This document shows positions 62,509 through 64,000 of a stretch of DNA of 64,000 nucleotides, in pieces. The DNA is from Promethearchaeota archaeon (GTDB taxonomy: Archaea; Asgardarchaeota; Lokiarchaeia; Sigyniarchaeales; SOKP01), in NCBI GenBank assembly GCA_019058295.1, contig JAHPZI010000014.1, positions 32,001-96,000 of the forward strand. Reading direction: 5' to 3'. The notes below the pieces were generated by a model. It was not told the DNA's origin and searched no databases. It worked only from the letters and a program-made list of their open reading frames with translations. Position numbers and translations under genes: made by a program. Position 1 is the stretch's first letter. Every line of letters begins with the position of its first letter.

Positions 62509-62611
62509 GGGCGCGTGTTAAGTTTTCAGATAGAAGCTTACGTGAAGTCTAGCCCGGTATGACGTCCGCTTGACGTGCGGAAGGTCGCGAGTTCGAGTCT
62601 CGCCGCGCCCA
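62509..62611 (+). tRNA. tRNA-Val(GAC) with 29-nt intron (62518-62546) between positions 9 and 10
   Basis: Acceptor GGGCGCG/CGCGCCC-A, D arm GTCT..TGAC, anticodon arm TCCGC-TTGACGT-GCGGA (GAC at 62572-62574), T arm GCGAG-TTCGAGT-CTCGC. The insertion is bounded by a BHB motif. Confidence 0.92.
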
Positions 62612-62647
62612 TTTTAATAATTTTTTATAATCAGCTAAAAGTTAAAA

Positions 62648-63136
62648 GTGAAAGATATGCCTTTAAAAATTCGATGGGTTAAGCGTGAATATTTTGGCAT
62701 AGCTTTAATGCTCTTTGGATTGTGTGCAATTTTTCAAGCTTTTTATATTTTTATTGCACAATATTTTCTAAGTATAGGAAATTATATTGTAATTATTATA
62801 ATCCCAATAGGGGTTATATTCGCATTATTTTACTGCTCTATAATTATATATGAAAGTTATGCCCAAGTGCAACGAAGTAGGAAAATTAAACGTGGATTTG
62901 CTAAAAGGATAATTGAAAAAGTTAGATTTAGAAAGTTCCTCGAAAGTCCTGTTGTAAGACCACTATTAATTATTTTTGCGATATATAGCGTTTTTTTCTT
63001 TCCTTCTTATTTTATTAGTATTATATGGTTTAACAATATTTATTCTTTTATTATAGCTGAAGTCATGGGGGCTATTGGATGCATTTTTGCTGCAAATATA
63101 ATCGAAAGACACTATGCAAAAATTCAAAGATATTAG
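62648..63136 (+). CDS. Hypothetical 4-TM membrane protein
   Basis: Four hydrophobic segments with a basic cytoplasmic loop. Confidence 0.7.
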   Translation: MKDMPLKIRWVKREYFGIALMLFGLCAIFQAFYIFIAQYFLSIGNYIVIIIIPIGVIFALFYCSIIIYESYAQVQRSRKIKRGFAKRIIEKVRFRKFLESPVVRPLLIIFAIYSVFFFPSYFISIIWFNNIYSFIIAEVMGAIGCIFAANIIERHYAKIQRY

Positions 63137-63303
63137 ATAGCATTAAGATTTAGAATCTATATATTTCAATTTTAAAATTCTCAAAAAAAGGTTTTATATT
63201 TCATTAGATATAAATATAAAAAATATTGTTATTTTATCAAATTATAATATTTATCTTATAACAATAATTGAATTTCATCATTAAATACTGAATTTGATTA
63301 ATA

Positions 63304-64000
63304 ATGTCTCATGTTAAAATACGTTGTCCATCATGCTCCGCAAATGGAGATATAGAAATCTCAGAAGATTATTTAAAAAATGTTACTAAAGGGCTGCTAG
63401 CGATCAATATTCCAGAGGGTACAATATGTGAACATACTTTTATCGCTTATGTTGATAGAAATCTTAAAGTAAGGGATTATTTTATTGCTGACTTTAAAAT
63501 TGAGCTACCAGATCTCGCTCCGCCTGAAGAAATTGAAGAGAAAAAAATTCCCTCTAAGGATGTAATTAATTTAGATTTAATTAAACTGAATTTATCTGCA
63601 TTATTGCTTACTTATGTTCTCAAATCAATTTTCTCTAAGCAAAAAATTGTACTAGTTTCCGATCAAGAATTTTTATATGAACATATTCACAATTTTTTTA
63701 ATTATATTACTCGAGATTCTTTTAAAGCTGAAATTGAAATTATAAATAAACAAGATTACAAAAATAATAAAAAAAAATATCAAGATTGCATGATATTCGA
63801 GGGTAATAAAATTCTAAATAATATTGAGAAGATTATAGATGATAAAAAACTTAAGGTGGAGAAATATTTTATTCAAAGTTTTTTATCTGAGTATGATTTA
63901 TCCTATAGCTATATTATGTTAAAAAACGAGATTCGTAAATCCTATCAATTATCAAAAGCCATTGTAGATTATACTAATGAACAACAAATTGAAAAACTCG
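63304..64000 (+). CDS. Hypothetical Zn-ribbon protein (3' end outside window)
   Basis: Manual translation MSHVKIRCPSCS...ICEHTFIAYVDRNLKVRDY..., open to the end of the window. Confidence 0.75.
   Translation, partial: MSHVKIRCPSCSANGDIEISEDYLKNVTKGLLAINIPEGTICEHTFIAYVDRNLKVRDYFIADFKIELPDLAPPEEIEEKKIPSKDVINLDLIKLNLSALLLTYVLKSIFSKQKIVLVSDQEFLYEHIHNFFNYITRDSFKAEIEIINKQDYKNNKKKYQDCMIFEGNKILNNIEKIIDDKKLKVEKYFIQSFLSEYDLSYSYIMLKNEIRKSYQLSKAIVDYTNEQQIEKL

Noticed and set aside
62612-64000. Integrated element at the tRNA 3' end
   Set aside because: No integrase and no duplicated tRNA 3' end in the window; downstream genes look like ordinary lineage-specific hypotheticals.

Overview
AT-rich archaeal chromosomal DNA, most likely from an Asgard archaeon (Lokiarchaeia/Promethearchaeia-like). 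The evidence is archaeal uS15 and eS1, longin/roadblock-like proteins, an IPGY-type C-terminal sorting signal, an LRR protein and CxxC zinc-ribbon hypotheticals. The window holds glycoside hydrolases (GH3, GH2, GH29) and an acyl-CoA metabolism cluster (MeaB, a divergent two-subunit B12 acyl-CoA mutase, acyl-CoA dehydrogenase, NMO/FabK-like enzyme, etfB and etfA split by a glycine-rich surface-protein gene). It also holds a five-gene Rad50-like/MoxR/VWA operon with no Mre11, RNase III, Sir2, an alpha3-type histone, nikR/larC/larB and pgk. The most striking signals are at 62.0-62.6 kb and are absent from the ORF track. (1) A small membrane-anchored ORF has an in-frame UGA in a SelK/SelS-like SGGGG-U-GC context and is followed by a eukaryote-type SECIS-like hairpin, making it a candidate new selenoprotein. 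(2) A tRNA-Val(GAC) carries a 29-nt BHB intron at the very unusual 9/10 position. No transposase, integrase or CRISPR array was recognised. All calls come from motif recognition by eye; no database searches were run.
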